Assembly: GCF_003018255.1 (NCBI RefSeq)
Contig: NZ_CP027440.1
Source of the DNA: Escherichia coli
Lineage (GTDB): Bacteria > Pseudomonadota > Gammaproteobacteria > Enterobacterales > Enterobacteriaceae
DNA: 64,000 nt
Direction: 5' to 3' (one strand)
Part shown: positions 1 through 11,316 of the stretch, piece after piece
How the letters are laid out: each line of letters starts with the position of its first letter
Position numbering within the stretch: the stretch's first letter is position 1
Notes under the pieces: generated by a model
What the model was told of the DNA's origin: nothing
What the model saw: only the letters and a program-made list of their open reading frames with translations
Database searches by the model: none
Translations under genes and position numbers: made by a program

Positions 1-218
1 GTGATTTCAGTAAAATAGCGATCCGGCGGCAGGCGTTGCGAAGGGTTCAAGGGATGCGTGACCACCGTTAATAGCTCCACGGCCATTAACCGTCCGCAGG
101 TTTGATAGATCGGCTGCCAGGTGTAAGCACGCTCACACTGCAACCAAAAACGCCGTTCCTGCAAGCTCTCGATGCTTGCTTCAGGGTTGCTTATTCGCTG
201 GATAACCTGCCTTATCAT
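1..218 (-). CDS. pdeH: c-di-GMP phosphodiesterase PdeH (YhjH), N-terminal part only; the gene runs off the window start
   Basis: Reverse-complement of 1..218 translates MIRQVIQRISNPE...WQPIYQTCGRLMAVELLTVVTHPLNPSQRLPPDRYFTEIT, matching recalled YhjH N-terminus; ATG on minus strand at 216..218. Not in the ORF track because it is truncated. Confidence 0.85.
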   Translation of the reverse strand, partial: MIRQVIQRISNPEASIESLQERRFWLQCERAYTWQPIYQTCGRLMAVELLTVVTHPLNPSQRLPPDRYFTEI

Positions 219-266
219 CAAAGATGTCCTGTGTTTAAAAGTGATGCTGCCCGGACTCGACAAAGA

Positions 267-293
267 TTATCGGCGCGCAAGGGCAGAACTTTA
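267..293 (-). promoter_or_regulatory. sigma-28 (FliA) class-3 flagellar promoter upstream of pdeH
   Basis: Minus strand reads TAAAGTTC-N11-GCCGATAA, a near-perfect match to the FliA consensus TAAAGTTT-N11-GCCGATAA, about 50 nt upstream of the pdeH ATG. Confidence 0.6.
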
Positions 294-364
294 CCGCCTG
301 GTCGGGGTAAATTTCCCCACTCCACAACGGAATCTTTCAGGAATACGTTCTGGCTCAAAAAAAT

Positions 365-383
365 AATGGAACACTGTTTTAAT
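365..383 (+). promoter_or_regulatory. candidate KdgR operator upstream of kdgK
   Basis: AATGGAACACTGTTTTAAT is an imperfect palindrome resembling KdgR boxes (AATRAAACANTGTTTYATT), about 65 nt upstream of the kdgK start. Confidence 0.4.
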
Positions 384-448
384 ATGGTTGACCAGCAAAC
401 CACCACAGCGCAAACTAACGCTAATTTTTTACAGATCAGGTTCACGAC

Positions 449-1379
449 TATGTCCAAAAAGATTGCCGTGATTGGCGAATGCATGATTGAGCTTTCCGAG
501 AAAGGCGCGGACGTTAAGCGCGGTTTCGGCGGCGATACCCTGAACACTTCCGTCTATATCGCCCGTCAGGTCGATCCTGCGGCATTAACCGTTCATTACG
601 TAACGGCGCTGGGAACGGACAGTTTTAGCCAGCAGATGCTGGACGCCTGGCACGGCGAGAACGTTGATACTTCCCTGACCCAACGGATGGAAAACCGTCT
701 GCCGGGCCTTTACTACATTGAAACCGACAGCACCGGCGAACGTACGTTCTACTACTGGCGTAACGAAGCCGCCGCCAAATTCTGGCTGGAGAGTGAGCAA
801 TCCGCGGCGATTTGCGAAGAGCTGGCGAATTTCGATTATCTCTACCTGAGCGGGATTAGCCTGGCGATCTTAAGCCAGACCAGCCGCGAAAAGCTGCTTT
901 CCCTGCTGCGCGAATGCCGCGCCAACGGCGGAAAAGTGATTTTCGACAATAACTATCGTCCGCGCCTGTGGGCCAGCAAAGAAGAGACACAGCAGGTGTA
1001 CCAACAAATGCTGGAATGCACGGATATCGCCTTCCTGACGCTGGACGATGAAGACGCGCTGTGGGGTCAACAGCCGGTGGAAGACGTCATTGCGCGCACC
1101 CATAACGCGGGCGTGAAAGAAGTGGTGGTGAAACGCGGGGCGGATTCTTGCCTGGTGTCCATTGCTGGCGAAGGGTTAGTGGATGTTCCGGCGGTAAAAC
1201 TGCCGAAAGAAAAAGTGATCGATACCACCGCAGCTGGCGACTCTTTCAGTGCCGGTTATCTGGCGGTACGTTTGACGGGCGGCAGTGCGGAAGACGCAGC
1301 GAAACGCGGGCACCTGACCGCAAGTACCGTTATTCAGTATCGCGGCGCGATTATCCCGCGTGAAGCGATGCCGGCGTAA
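449..1379 (+). CDS. kdgK: 2-dehydro-3-deoxygluconokinase
   Basis: ORF 102..1379 contains MSKKIAVIGECMIELSEKGADVKRGFGGDTLNTSVYIARQ...; internal ATG at 449 gives 309 aa. The upstream extension overlaps pdeH and its promoter, so it is rejected. Confidence 0.93.
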
Positions 1380-1392
1380 AAGCAGCATATGC

Positions 1393-1426
1393 AAAAGGCT
1401 GGATAGAGTGTTACCCCCCTATCCAG
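1393..1426 (-). terminator. candidate intrinsic terminator downstream of yhjJ
   Basis: Inverted repeat CTGGATAG...CTATCCAG followed on the minus strand by CCTTTT; sits between the convergent kdgK and yhjJ genes. Confidence 0.45.
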
Positions 1427-1474
1427 CTCATCCATAAATACCTGATGGTTGTGCTAACTCATCACCATCAGGCA

Positions 1475-2971
1475 TTACTGTACAGGTGGAATATCCGTCA
1501 CTTCAGGATGTACGTCATCCGTGACAACAGATGTGGCGGCAGCCGCAGTCGATGGGGTCATGATTTGATCCCAGGCCGCCTGCAACGCTTTCATGTTAAA
1601 TTCCGGCTCGCCTTTCGGCTGCAGCAGTATTAACGCCATATCATTCGACAACTGCTGACGCAAATCCTGATTTAACATCTCCACCGTCAGGCTGTTAAGG
1701 AAATCCTGACGCAGTTTCTGATATTGCTCCGGCGCGATATCGACGACCTGATTTTGCAACGAACGCATCCGCTGACCCATCAAAATATCGGTATCAGCTC
1801 GCGCATAGGCGGCAAACAGTTTCTGCAGCTCCAGTTTCTTTTGCGCCACTAACGCATTGAACTCTTCTTCCGGCAGACCTTTATCGCGAACCTTCGCCAG
1901 TTCACGCGCCACCAGATTAAGGTTGCTGTTCAGCTTGTCGTTTGGTGATTCGATGTTGATGGCACACTGCGCACGCAGATACAGCACACGGCAGTCAAAT
2001 CCAAGACCGATGTCTTTGCTGTTACTGGCGCTTAACGCTTGCTGAACATGCCAGAACAGCGCCTCACGGGCCAGGTCCGCACGCCAGTAGCGCAGCAGTG
2101 CGGCTGATTCACGAATCGGCTGCCACGGCGTATCCCACATGATTGATAACCGGTCCTGACGCACCGCGTCAGTCATAATACTCACCGCTTCCGCACGCAG
2201 CGGAGAAAGCGTCGGCACCGGAGCCGGTGTTTCACGTTTGCCTTTCAGTTCGCCAAACGTTTTATTGATTTGGTCGACGACCGAGCGCGCATCCACGTTT
2301 CCCACCACCAGCAGCGTCATTGCATCCGGGGTGTACCATTTCTGATAGAAATCTTTAATCTTTTCCGCTTCAACGGGTTGTTTCAGCGGATCGGCAGGAT
2401 CGTGACCTAACAAGGTTGATCCTTTCAGACGATAGCGCCACCAGCCCTCTTTAGTATCGGCAGGCCAGGTTGCCACCATGTCCTGACTTTGCAGCGCGTG
2501 GTTGATGGTTTCTGGTGTGATGGTCAGTTTGCCAGTGGCATTTGCCAGATAAGAGAGCGCTTCTTTCAGCAAGTCGTTACGGTTATTGGGCAAACTCAGA
2601 TTAAACAGCGTGGTGTCATAAGAGACAATTACTGGCGGCATCGGGCGTTTAGGGTCGATCCCCTGCTGCCACAATGAACGCGCCTGTGCTGCTTCAAGGC
2701 CACCGCTTTGCGTTAACGCAATACGAGGGATGGCGTGGCTGTAACCGCTCTGTTGTGTACTTTCGGCGAGCGAACCGGTATTAACCAGCAGGCGAATTTC
2801 AACACGATCGCTAGGACGCTGGGGCGTGGTCAGCACTTGCCACTGTAAACCGTTGGAAAGCGTCCCCTGTTGCCATGCTGGATCAGGCTGGAGCGCATCT
2901 GCCTGCACATAGCCAGCAGTGGCCATCATCAGCAAACCGCCCGCTAAAAGTCGAATTTTTGTGCCCTGCAT
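1475..2971 (-). CDS. yhjJ: periplasmic M16-family zinc peptidase-like protein YhjJ
   Basis: 498-aa ORF with an N-terminal signal-like segment (MQGTKIRLLAGGLLMMATAGYVQA); length and sequence match recalled YhjJ. Confidence 0.9.
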   Translation of the reverse strand: MQGTKIRLLAGGLLMMATAGYVQADALQPDPAWQQGTLSNGLQWQVLTTPQRPSDRVEIRLLVNTGSLAESTQQSGYSHAIPRIALTQSGGLEAAQARSLWQQGIDPKRPMPPVIVSYDTTLFNLSLPNNRNDLLKEALSYLANATGKLTITPETINHALQSQDMVATWPADTKEGWWRYRLKGSTLLGHDPADPLKQPVEAEKIKDFYQKWYTPDAMTLLVVGNVDARSVVDQINKTFGELKGKRETPAPVPTLSPLRAEAVSIMTDAVRQDRLSIMWDTPWQPIRESAALLRYWRADLAREALFWHVQQALSASNSKDIGLGFDCRVLYLRAQCAINIESPNDKLNSNLNLVARELAKVRDKGLPEEEFNALVAQKKLELQKLFAAYARADTDILMGQRMRSLQNQVVDIAPEQYQKLRQDFLNSLTVEMLNQDLRQQLSNDMALILLQPKGEPEFNMKALQAAWDQIMTPSTAAAATSVVTDDVHPEVTDIPPVQ

Positions 2972-3150
2972 GTGAACCCCTGATCAACTATCCTGGTAAT
3001 AAAAAAACTGCCCGTTGTCGGTCAGTCTAAATGACGTTAAAAACACTTCGTGTTAGACCGCAAGAACATGAAAATGTCACGGAAGAAGTGAAATAAACCT
3101 GAACTCACCCAGGTGGTAAGTTCAGGCACAGGGGTCAATTATGCGCAAAC

Positions 3151-3178
3151 ACCCGCACTCGGGGAAGGGAGTGCGGGC
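3151..3178 (-). terminator. candidate terminator downstream of dctA
   Basis: GC-rich inverted repeat CCCGCACTC...GAGTGCGGG directly 3' of the dctA stop on the minus strand; the T-tract is weak. Confidence 0.35.
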
Positions 3179-3191
3179 ATAAGTGATGAGA

Positions 3192-4514
<1,323 letters not shown>

Positions 4515-4660
4515 TTATGGGGTACCTGCGGCCCTAAAATAACACCCAGACAACATCACAGAAATGTACCTGGATCATAATTGAAACAAAAAGGTTAAAA
4601 AGTTTGAGCTGGCTCGCACAAACCAGCACTTTTTAAAGTTTTGTAATCAGTTTGGGGTAG

Positions 4661-6649
4661 CTACTTTTCTTCCAGGTAACTCTCTTCGAAGATTTCAATA
4701 GGGAGTGGGCGAGCAAAAAGGAAGCCCTGGGCAATACCAACGCCCGCTTTTGCCAGCCAGTCGCGTTGTGCTTCAGTCTCCACGCCTTCGGCAATCATTT
4801 GTAAGTTCAGGCTTTGCGCCAACATGATAATTGCAGCAATCATGCTGCTATCTTCCGGCAAGCCTTCAACAAACATTTTGTCGATTTTCAGTACGTCGAT
4901 TGGCAACGATTTCATATGCTGCAGCTGACGCAGCCCTGCGTAGCCCATGCCGAAATCATCCAGCGCCACCCGAACTCCGGCATTGCGCAGCGGACGGAGG
5001 ATTGCCACCGCAGCATGAGGGTCGTCAATACGTCGGCTTTCTGTCACTTCCAGAATCAGTGTTCCCGGCTGAATGCGATAGCGGGTTAACAGTTCCAGCA
5101 TATCCGCTACCATATTCGGGTGCATCAGTTGTAGCGCTGAGAGGTTTACCGACAAGGGCAGCATAATGCCGCGCTCTTGCCAGGCAGCAAGCAGTCGACA
5201 AGACTCTTCCAGCACCCAGTGACCAACGGTAACCATCAGCCCACAGCACTCAATGCGATCGATTAAGCCATCCGGCAGATCCCAACTGCCATCCGGTTGC
5301 TGGATACGCAGTAACACTTCCGCACTGACCAGTTTACCGCTGGTCATCTCGACCTGTGGCTGTAACCAAATCGCAAATTGATGATTTTCCAGTGCATTAA
5401 GGATATCGCTCTCTTCCGTCAACCGCTGCTGGGCGGCTTCCATCTGCTGCGGATCAAAGAACTGAATCTGATTTTTGCCTTTATGGCGAGCGGTAAATGC
5501 CGCAGAAATAGCGCGACTGTAAAGCTGTTCGGCGGTGAGATCGCCGTAGAACATCGCCACGCCAATGCTACAGTGCGGACGGAGTTGAATACGTTCAATC
5601 GGCAGGCGCTCGCTCATGATAGTGAGCACTTGCTGACCTAATGTGATAGCGTGCCACGGTTCCTGTACACCGTTGGCAATGACAGCAAAGTCATAACCGC
5701 TAATCTGCGCGAGGATCATGCGTGGCGACAGTACCGATTTGAGTTTTTCCACCAGCGTCAGCAGCAGAATTTCTCGTTGCGCCTCTTTCAGCACGCCCGC
5801 AGTATCACGCAGGGTTTCACAGGTGATGATCATCAGCGCGGTGGTTTGTTTACGCGCGACAACCTGCTCCAGCATCTCCATCAGCAAGGCTTTGTTCGGC
5901 AAATCCGACACCGGGAAGCGCATCGCGTTTTCGTTCTGTTCTTCATAATGGCGCTGCAGCAATTGCTGGTTGAGGTTGTAACTGCGCACCAGCATACCGA
6001 TTTCATCGTCCTGATGCAGACGTGGTAATGCCAGTTGGTGACCAACAAGCTCCTGGGCTGGGATGGCGTTAAGTTCGCGAGCAATATTGCGTAACGGATG
6101 TAAAATCAGTCGATTAATACACCAGCTGATGGCGACGGTCAGGATAAGCGACAAAAGTAAGTAAATGGTCACTAACGTTGAGAGGGTGCTCATCACGAAC
6201 TTATACATACGGAAGGAATCCGCCTGTAGCACCAGATAGGCAATTGGCTGCGGATTTGCCGGACGTTCGAGCGAGTAGACGCCCAGCGAGATTTGAACCG
6301 GTAGCTCAAACAGGCGAGTAACCATTACCGGCACCGGACGCTCTGGAATAAAACTTTTACGCAGCGCCTGGAACTGGTTGGGCAGCACCACATCGGCACG
6401 GCTGACCACGCCTGCCGGTTTAATGCTGGCAAGAATAGCTTCCGCTTCGGGAATATCGCCTTTCAAAATAGCTGAAGATAAGGGTTCGCGGACAGAGCGA
6501 GCAATGCTTTCCAGTTGCGTAGCCGTGTTATAGCGATTCTGCTGGACCAGATGGAACAGCAAAACGGTGCAAAAAATAAAAACGAACACCAGGACAACGG
6601 CTGCCACCATTGCCATCTGCTTGATTGTTAACGAGCGACTTACGCGCAA
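4661..6649 (-). CDS. pdeK: c-di-GMP phosphodiesterase PdeK (YhjK), HAMP-GGDEF-EAL membrane protein
   Basis: 662-aa ORF with an N-terminal TM segment, a degenerate GGDEF region and a C-terminal EAL domain (EVTE...[10 protein letters not shown]...KIDKMFV). Confidence 0.9.
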   Translation of the reverse strand: MRVSRSLTIKQMAMVAAVVLVFVFIFCTVLLFHLVQQNRYNTATQLESIARSVREPLSSAILKGDIPEAEAILASIKPAGVVSRADVVLPNQFQALRKSFIPERPVPVMVTRLFELPVQISLGVYSLERPANPQPIAYLVLQADSFRMYKFVMSTLSTLVTIYLLLSLILTVAISWCINRLILHPLRNIARELNAIPAQELVGHQLALPRLHQDDEIGMLVRSYNLNQQLLQRHYEEQNENAMRFPVSDLPNKALLMEMLEQVVARKQTTALMIITCETLRDTAGVLKEAQREILLLTLVEKLKSVLSPRMILAQISGYDFAVIANGVQEPWHAITLGQQVLTIMSERLPIERIQLRPHCSIGVAMFYGDLTAEQLYSRAISAAFTARHKGKNQIQFFDPQQMEAAQQRLTEESDILNALENHQFAIWLQPQVEMTSGKLVSAEVLLRIQQPDGSWDLPDGLIDRIECCGLMVTVGHWVLEESCRLLAAWQERGIMLPLSVNLSALQLMHPNMVADMLELLTRYRIQPGTLILEVTESRRIDDPHAAVAILRPLRNAGVRVALDDFGMGYAGLRQLQHMKSLPIDVLKIDKMFVEGLPEDSSMIAAIIMLAQSLNLQMIAEGVETEAQRDWLAKAGVGIAQGFLFARPLPIEIFEESYLEEK

Positions 6650-6730
6650 ATTGTCTCCCCCCGGAAATCCCAGATTGCCGCCCGAGTATACCCGATCGCA
6701 GCGGCATTAAGAGAGGCGCTATCTGAAAAC

Positions 6731-9700
6731 TTACCAGTCGGCGTAAGGTATCAGCGGCTGCGGCGGTAAATCCATGTCACCCTGCCATCCGGCGGCGGAA
6801 TAACGTACGTAGAGCAGGAAATGGCTGGGTGCGTAATCTTTCGCCTGCTGGATATCAATTGCCGTGCCGACAAACCAGTTGGAAGTAACACGTCGTTCAA
6901 GTAATGCCCGCGCCGTATAGCCGAAGCCCTGACTGCTGCCGCCATCGTTGGATTGCCGCGCAGCTTCTTCCTGCCAGTCGGTCGGGATCAGATTCATCAG
7001 CGGATAACGCGGCATGGTTTTGGTGCGTGAATGCGACCACGAGCCAGACGCCCCCAGCTCCCACGACCAGTTTTCCGTGCGCTCCCGCCACATCACCGGT
7101 ATGGCAAACGACAGGTATTCCTGCGGGCTGTAGTAACCGCCCTGACCGAGTGAGTAGCCACTCAGGTCTTTGTCGTAATGCCAGATCATGTTGTTCAGGC
7201 CGATTGTGACGCGGCGATTGTTCTGGTTAATGACCTTATAGTAATAGCCCGTCATCCAGCGCACACGCCAGTTATCTTCGACATTTTTACCGGTTAACTG
7301 GTCGCCACTAAGCGATGCCCAGACGCCGTTTGCTTCACCTTTATCGTAGCTCAGGCTTAGCCCCACGCCGTCGGCACGCACGCCGCCCCATTTTTTCCCG
7401 GTATTGCTCGGGGAGTCTTTTTGCCCACCAAAGGCCAGCAAAGAACTGGAGATGGGCCGACGGTGGGCGTTAACGGTGTAACCCAGCGGCCCGATATCAT
7501 CGCTGTAACTGATGCCGCCGACCACATCCACCACGTTGAAGCCCATCGGCGTGGTGCCGATATCCCAGCTCCAGGTGTCGTTGCGCCAACCGACCGCCAC
7601 GCTGGCACCGGAATCCGACTGGCTGCGGTTGCCGCTACAGTCCTGTAATGTACAGGTGCCCCAGTTGTCATCCCATTTACCATCGGCATTAGTGGAGAAA
7701 CTGCCGACGTTCATATTGACGAAATCACTGCGAAAGAACATCCGCCCGTCAGAATACGGCGCATCCACCTGCAACATGGTAGTGTGCGCTTTCAGATCGG
7801 AGTAACCACCGGTGCCGCTCGAACCCCAGTAATCATGCTCAAGGGTGACGTTAAGATCCTGCTGGCGATAGAGGTCCGCCGCATCGCTGCGCACGCCGCG
7901 TTTCAGCCAGTCATCTTTCTCGTCATTGCGGGTCAGTCGGGTAAAGGTGTCGTTATCCAGCGGACGCGTCGTGGTCACACCGGATGCAACCATCGCGTCT
8001 TTGTAGGTTTCCAGCGCCTGCGTTGGATCGCCCGCCTGCGCTTCAAACTTCGCACCATCACGCAGTACCATCGCACTTTCCATCGACGGCGGCTGAGATT
8101 TTGCCAGCGGGATCAACTTATTAAACGTCTGCTGCGCCGCTGCGGTATCGCCAAGCTGCGCCTGTGCCAGCGCCACGCGCCGCTGAGTGTTCAGCGAGGC
8201 GTTATCGGTGGCAGGCAGCTTCGCCAGCTGGCTACGTGCCGCCGCTTTGTCACCGGCAGCAATATCCACTTCCGTCAGACCAAGAATGGCATCGGCGTTA
8301 GTTGGCTCCCGCGTCAGGACATTCTGATATGCAGCGCGAGCGGCGGTGTAATCACGTCGTTGTTGCGCCCAGTCAGCCAGCGTGAGGTCTATGCGCGTGG
8401 AAGGTGGTTGCTGGCGCAGCATCGCTTCCGCTTCAGCTTCTTTGCCGCTTTCTCGCAGGCGATTAGCGGTTTCCAACACCTGATCGCTTTGCAGTCGATT
8501 AACCAGCTCCTGAATATTGCTGCTCCACTGCGCGCGCGGCAGGCTGTTGATATGCGCCAGCGCCGCTCTGTCCTGGTCATGACCAGAGAGATACAGCCCG
8601 TAAGCGTAAACCTGCTCCGGGTCGTTCGGCTTCTGCTGCGCCAGATTACGCATTAACGTATCGGCCTGGCTGCGTTGTCCGGCCTGGCTGCGTTGTCCGG
8701 CCTGCCAGAGATCCTGTGAAAGTCGGTAAGTAATCCATACACTGCCGGGGTCCAGCGCCAGTCGTTGCCGCTGAAGTGCTGCCGCCTGCGCCCATTTCCC
8801 CTGGTTTTCCAGTGCCTCTGCCTGCTGTGCCAGACGGTCGTTTTGCAGGCTGCGTTCGATATCATCAATGCTGCGCCGCTGACTGGCAGAGAGCGAGGCG
8901 ATAAACGCTTCGGCTTTTTCTGGCGACTGCTGGCGGTAAATATTTGCCAGCCCGCGCACGGCGTTAGTGTTGCTACTGTCCATACGCAGCGTCTGCTGGT
9001 AATAGCGTTCAGCGGCGGGGTAATCTTTGCGTGCCATCGCCACATCGCCCAGCCCCAGCACCGCATAGCTGTCGGTGTTATCGACATTACGTGCCTGCTG
9101 GAACAACCGTTCCGCCCGGTCAGGATTATTGGCTTTCAGCGCAGCATCGCCCTGCTGGATTGCCAGCCAGTAGCGGTTTACTTTCAGCAGACTGTTCCAT
9201 TTGTCGTTGTTGCTGCTGTGCGGGTCCAGGGCGAGGGCTTTTTCCAGATTCGCCACCGCATTGGCGCGATCGCCTTTCTGAGAATACGCCTGGCCCAGCG
9301 CCCCCAGAGTCTCACTGTCTTTCGGGTTCGCCCGCACCGCCTGTTGTAGTTCGGGAATGGCTTTACCCGCCATACCAGAGTCCACCGCCGCTAAACCTTG
9401 CGCACGAGCGCGGAAAGCAGGGTCGGCCAGCTGTTTTTGCTGTTCTGCCAGTTGCGATTGTGCAGCCGCCACGCTATCGCCATCGCTAAAGATCGAGAGA
9501 TATTTTTTCAGCGCCGACACGCTGGCATCGCTGACGGGCATGTCTTTAATCTGCCCGTACCAGATTTTAGAGGCCCCCTCGCGCCCGGCGTTTGATTTCG
9601 CCATCTGTTCCAGGACAGCAAAACCTTCGTCACGGCGATCGCTACTAAACAGCAATAGCGCCAGATTGTTTTGCAGGCCCGTATTGCCCGGCGTATCCGC

Positions 9701-10222
9701 ATTAATGCGTTTTAGCTGATTAATCGCTTCGCCACGGCGAGCTGGAATTTTCGCCACCGTACTCCAGTACTCGACGGCAATGTCACCTTCCGGCGGCGCA
9801 CCGTTGAACAGTTTGTTGTAACTCGCCACAGCTTCTTCTGCATGACCGGTCGTCGCCTGCAATCTTGCCTGTTGCAGTGCCTGACGACCATCCGGCGTGG
9901 AAAGCAACATTGTGGTCCGCGACGATTTATACGCATTTGAACTCGGCGCTAACTGCGACAGCCGATCGAGCTGTTTTTGCGCGCCATCAATATCGCCCTG
10001 ACGTAACAGAGAACGGAAACGGGCGGCAACGACGTCCGGGTTATTCGGATCAATAAGTTCCAGACGATACAACGACTGTTGCACCAGGTCTTCACGATGG
10101 GTCGCTTCGCCTAACCGAACTTGCTCCAGCAACTGTTGCTGAGCGGTTGGTGCTGCCTCGACCATCGGCATGACGGCCAGACCGAGGGAAAGCGTGAATA
10201 TGTTTAGTGTGAATTTGCGCAT
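6731..10222 (-). CDS. bcsC: cellulose synthase outer-membrane subunit BcsC (TPR repeats plus C-terminal beta-barrel)
   Basis: 1163-aa ORF with signal peptide, multiple TPR-like repeats and a C-terminal beta-barrel-like region; matches recalled BcsC except for a 6-aa QAGQRS duplication. Confidence 0.93.
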   Translation of the reverse strand: MRKFTLNIFTLSLGLAVMPMVEAAPTAQQQLLEQVRLGEATHREDLVQQSLYRLELIDPNNPDVVAARFRSLLRQGDIDGAQKQLDRLSQLAPSSNAYKSSRTTMLLSTPDGRQALQQARLQATTGHAEEAVASYNKLFNGAPPEGDIAVEYWSTVAKIPARRGEAINQLKRINADTPGNTGLQNNLALLLFSSDRRDEGFAVLEQMAKSNAGREGASKIWYGQIKDMPVSDASVSALKKYLSIFSDGDSVAAAQSQLAEQQKQLADPAFRARAQGLAAVDSGMAGKAIPELQQAVRANPKDSETLGALGQAYSQKGDRANAVANLEKALALDPHSSNNDKWNSLLKVNRYWLAIQQGDAALKANNPDRAERLFQQARNVDNTDSYAVLGLGDVAMARKDYPAAERYYQQTLRMDSSNTNAVRGLANIYRQQSPEKAEAFIASLSASQRRSIDDIERSLQNDRLAQQAEALENQGKWAQAAALQRQRLALDPGSVWITYRLSQDLWQAGQRSQAGQRSQADTLMRNLAQQKPNDPEQVYAYGLYLSGHDQDRAALAHINSLPRAQWSSNIQELVNRLQSDQVLETANRLRESGKEAEAEAMLRQQPPSTRIDLTLADWAQQRRDYTAARAAYQNVLTREPTNADAILGLTEVDIAAGDKAAARSQLAKLPATDNASLNTQRRVALAQAQLGDTAAAQQTFNKLIPLAKSQPPSMESAMVLRDGAKFEAQAGDPTQALETYKDAMVASGVTTTRPLDNDTFTRLTRNDEKDDWLKRGVRSDAADLYRQQDLNVTLEHDYWGSSGTGGYSDLKAHTTMLQVDAPYSDGRMFFRSDFVNMNVGSFSTNADGKWDDNWGTCTLQDCSGNRSQSDSGASVAVGWRNDTWSWDIGTTPMGFNVVDVVGGISYSDDIGPLGYTVNAHRRPISSSLLAFGGQKDSPSNTGKKWGGVRADGVGLSLSYDKGEANGVWASLSGDQLTGKNVEDNWRVRWMTGYYYKVINQNNRRVTIGLNNMIWHYDKDLSGYSLGQGGYYSPQEYLSFAIPVMWRERTENWSWELGASGSWSHSRTKTMPRYPLMNLIPTDWQEEAARQSNDGGSSQGFGYTARALLERRVTSNWFVGTAIDIQQAKDYAPSHFLLYVRYSAAGWQGDMDLPPQPLIPYADW
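8662..8697. repeat. perfect 18-bp tandem duplication (2 copies) inside bcsC
   Basis: CGGCCTGGCTGCGTTGTC occurs twice back to back, followed by a partial third copy CGGCCTG; on the coding strand this gives [12 protein letters not shown] in frame. Confidence 0.9.
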
Positions 10223-11310
10223 TCCTGGCCCCAGTCAGGTAATAACTCACCTTTTGTCGAGAAGCGGAAACGGTGTTGATCCCAGCCTTGTCCAAACAGG
10301 GTCAGCACATAGTTGTAATAGGCATCGCTGCCAGGAAAGTTATCGGCCACGCGCTGGCGCTGAACGGCCTGCGCATCGCGGTTTTGTAAAAAGGGCAGCA
10401 TGGCGGCAGAAAAACCGACCGGTCCTTTACCCTGCGCTTTCCCCGTAGCCACATCCACTTTTTCCGGCGGATAACCGTTTTTCTCAGTGAATGTCGCCAT
10501 CGGTTTAAACCGGTTGAGCATCCGCGCTTTTTGCGGATCGCTGTCAGGCATCATGCCTACCCACATGTAAACGCGGATAGCGTCGTAGCTGCTGATCAAT
10601 GTTTTTTCGGCTTTTAGCTGCCAGCCTTTGTCTTTCTCATAGCGCACCCAGTCTGGCGAAAAGCCTTTCGGGGCGGTTTCCAGCAATAAACGTTGATTGG
10701 TTTCGCGCAGCGTGGTCCACGGCGCGCCAAAGCGGGTGAAATACTGCGCCAGCGTCGGCGGCAGGTAGCTGGGGTTAAAACGCCAGCTGTTATCCTCAGC
10801 AAACCCCACTTTGCCCGGTAACAACATGGAGCCCAGCCCAGGCACCGTCACCACTTCCTCCCGCGCGATACGTTTTAGCAATGCGCTGCCGATGTCGGTA
10901 TAACGCTGCTCTTTCCACAAACGCCCCGCCTCCAGCAACGCCCAGGCCATCCAGACATCACCATCGGAGGCCGAATTGCTGTCCAGCACTTCCCACTTAC
11001 TGTTCTCTTTCTTGCCCCACAGCCAGGCGGGCAAATGTTCTGTTAAAGAACCCTGAGCGAGATTGTTCTGCGTCCAGTCGAGAAGATTATCGAAAGCTGC
11101 ACGGTCGTTAGCCGCCAGGGCAAAGAACATGCCGTAACTTTGCCCTTCGGAGGTGGTGATTTTGCGCGCGTCGCTGGGGTCGATGACGCGCCCTTCCTGA
11201 CTGATGTAATCCTTTTTAAACTGCTCCCAGGCAGGCCAGGTACAGGCTGCCTGAACACTAAAGGCAGCCAGCAGCAGCATCGTCACGAGTCCACTACGCA
11301 ACACATTCAT
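10204..11310 (-). CDS. bcsZ: endo-1,4-beta-glucanase (GH8) BcsZ
   Basis: ORF 10204..11316 begins at TTG; the ATG at 11308..11310 gives [21 protein letters not shown]... (368 aa), matching recalled BcsZ. Overlaps the bcsC start by 19 nt. Confidence 0.9.
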   Translation of the reverse strand: MNVLRSGLVTMLLLAAFSVQAACTWPAWEQFKKDYISQEGRVIDPSDARKITTSEGQSYGMFFALAANDRAAFDNLLDWTQNNLAQGSLTEHLPAWLWGKKENSKWEVLDSNSASDGDVWMAWALLEAGRLWKEQRYTDIGSALLKRIAREEVVTVPGLGSMLLPGKVGFAEDNSWRFNPSYLPPTLAQYFTRFGAPWTTLRETNQRLLLETAPKGFSPDWVRYEKDKGWQLKAEKTLISSYDAIRVYMWVGMMPDSDPQKARMLNRFKPMATFTEKNGYPPEKVDVATGKAQGKGPVGFSAAMLPFLQNRDAQAVQRQRVADNFPGSDAYYNYVLTLFGQGWDQHRFRFSTKGELLPDWGQECANSH

Positions 11311-11316
11311 CTTCAA

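Noticed and set aside
102-448. 5' extension of the kdgK ORF (the track begins at 102)
   Set aside because: The extension overlaps the pdeH start, its sigma-28 promoter and the candidate KdgR operator; the ATG at 449 reproduces the expected 309-aa kinase.
7784-8656. 290-aa plus-strand ORF (plus several 100-200-aa ORFs) antisense within bcsC
   Set aside because: Arg/Gln-rich low-complexity translations opposite a GC-rich TPR-coding region; no flanking signals; shadow ORFs.
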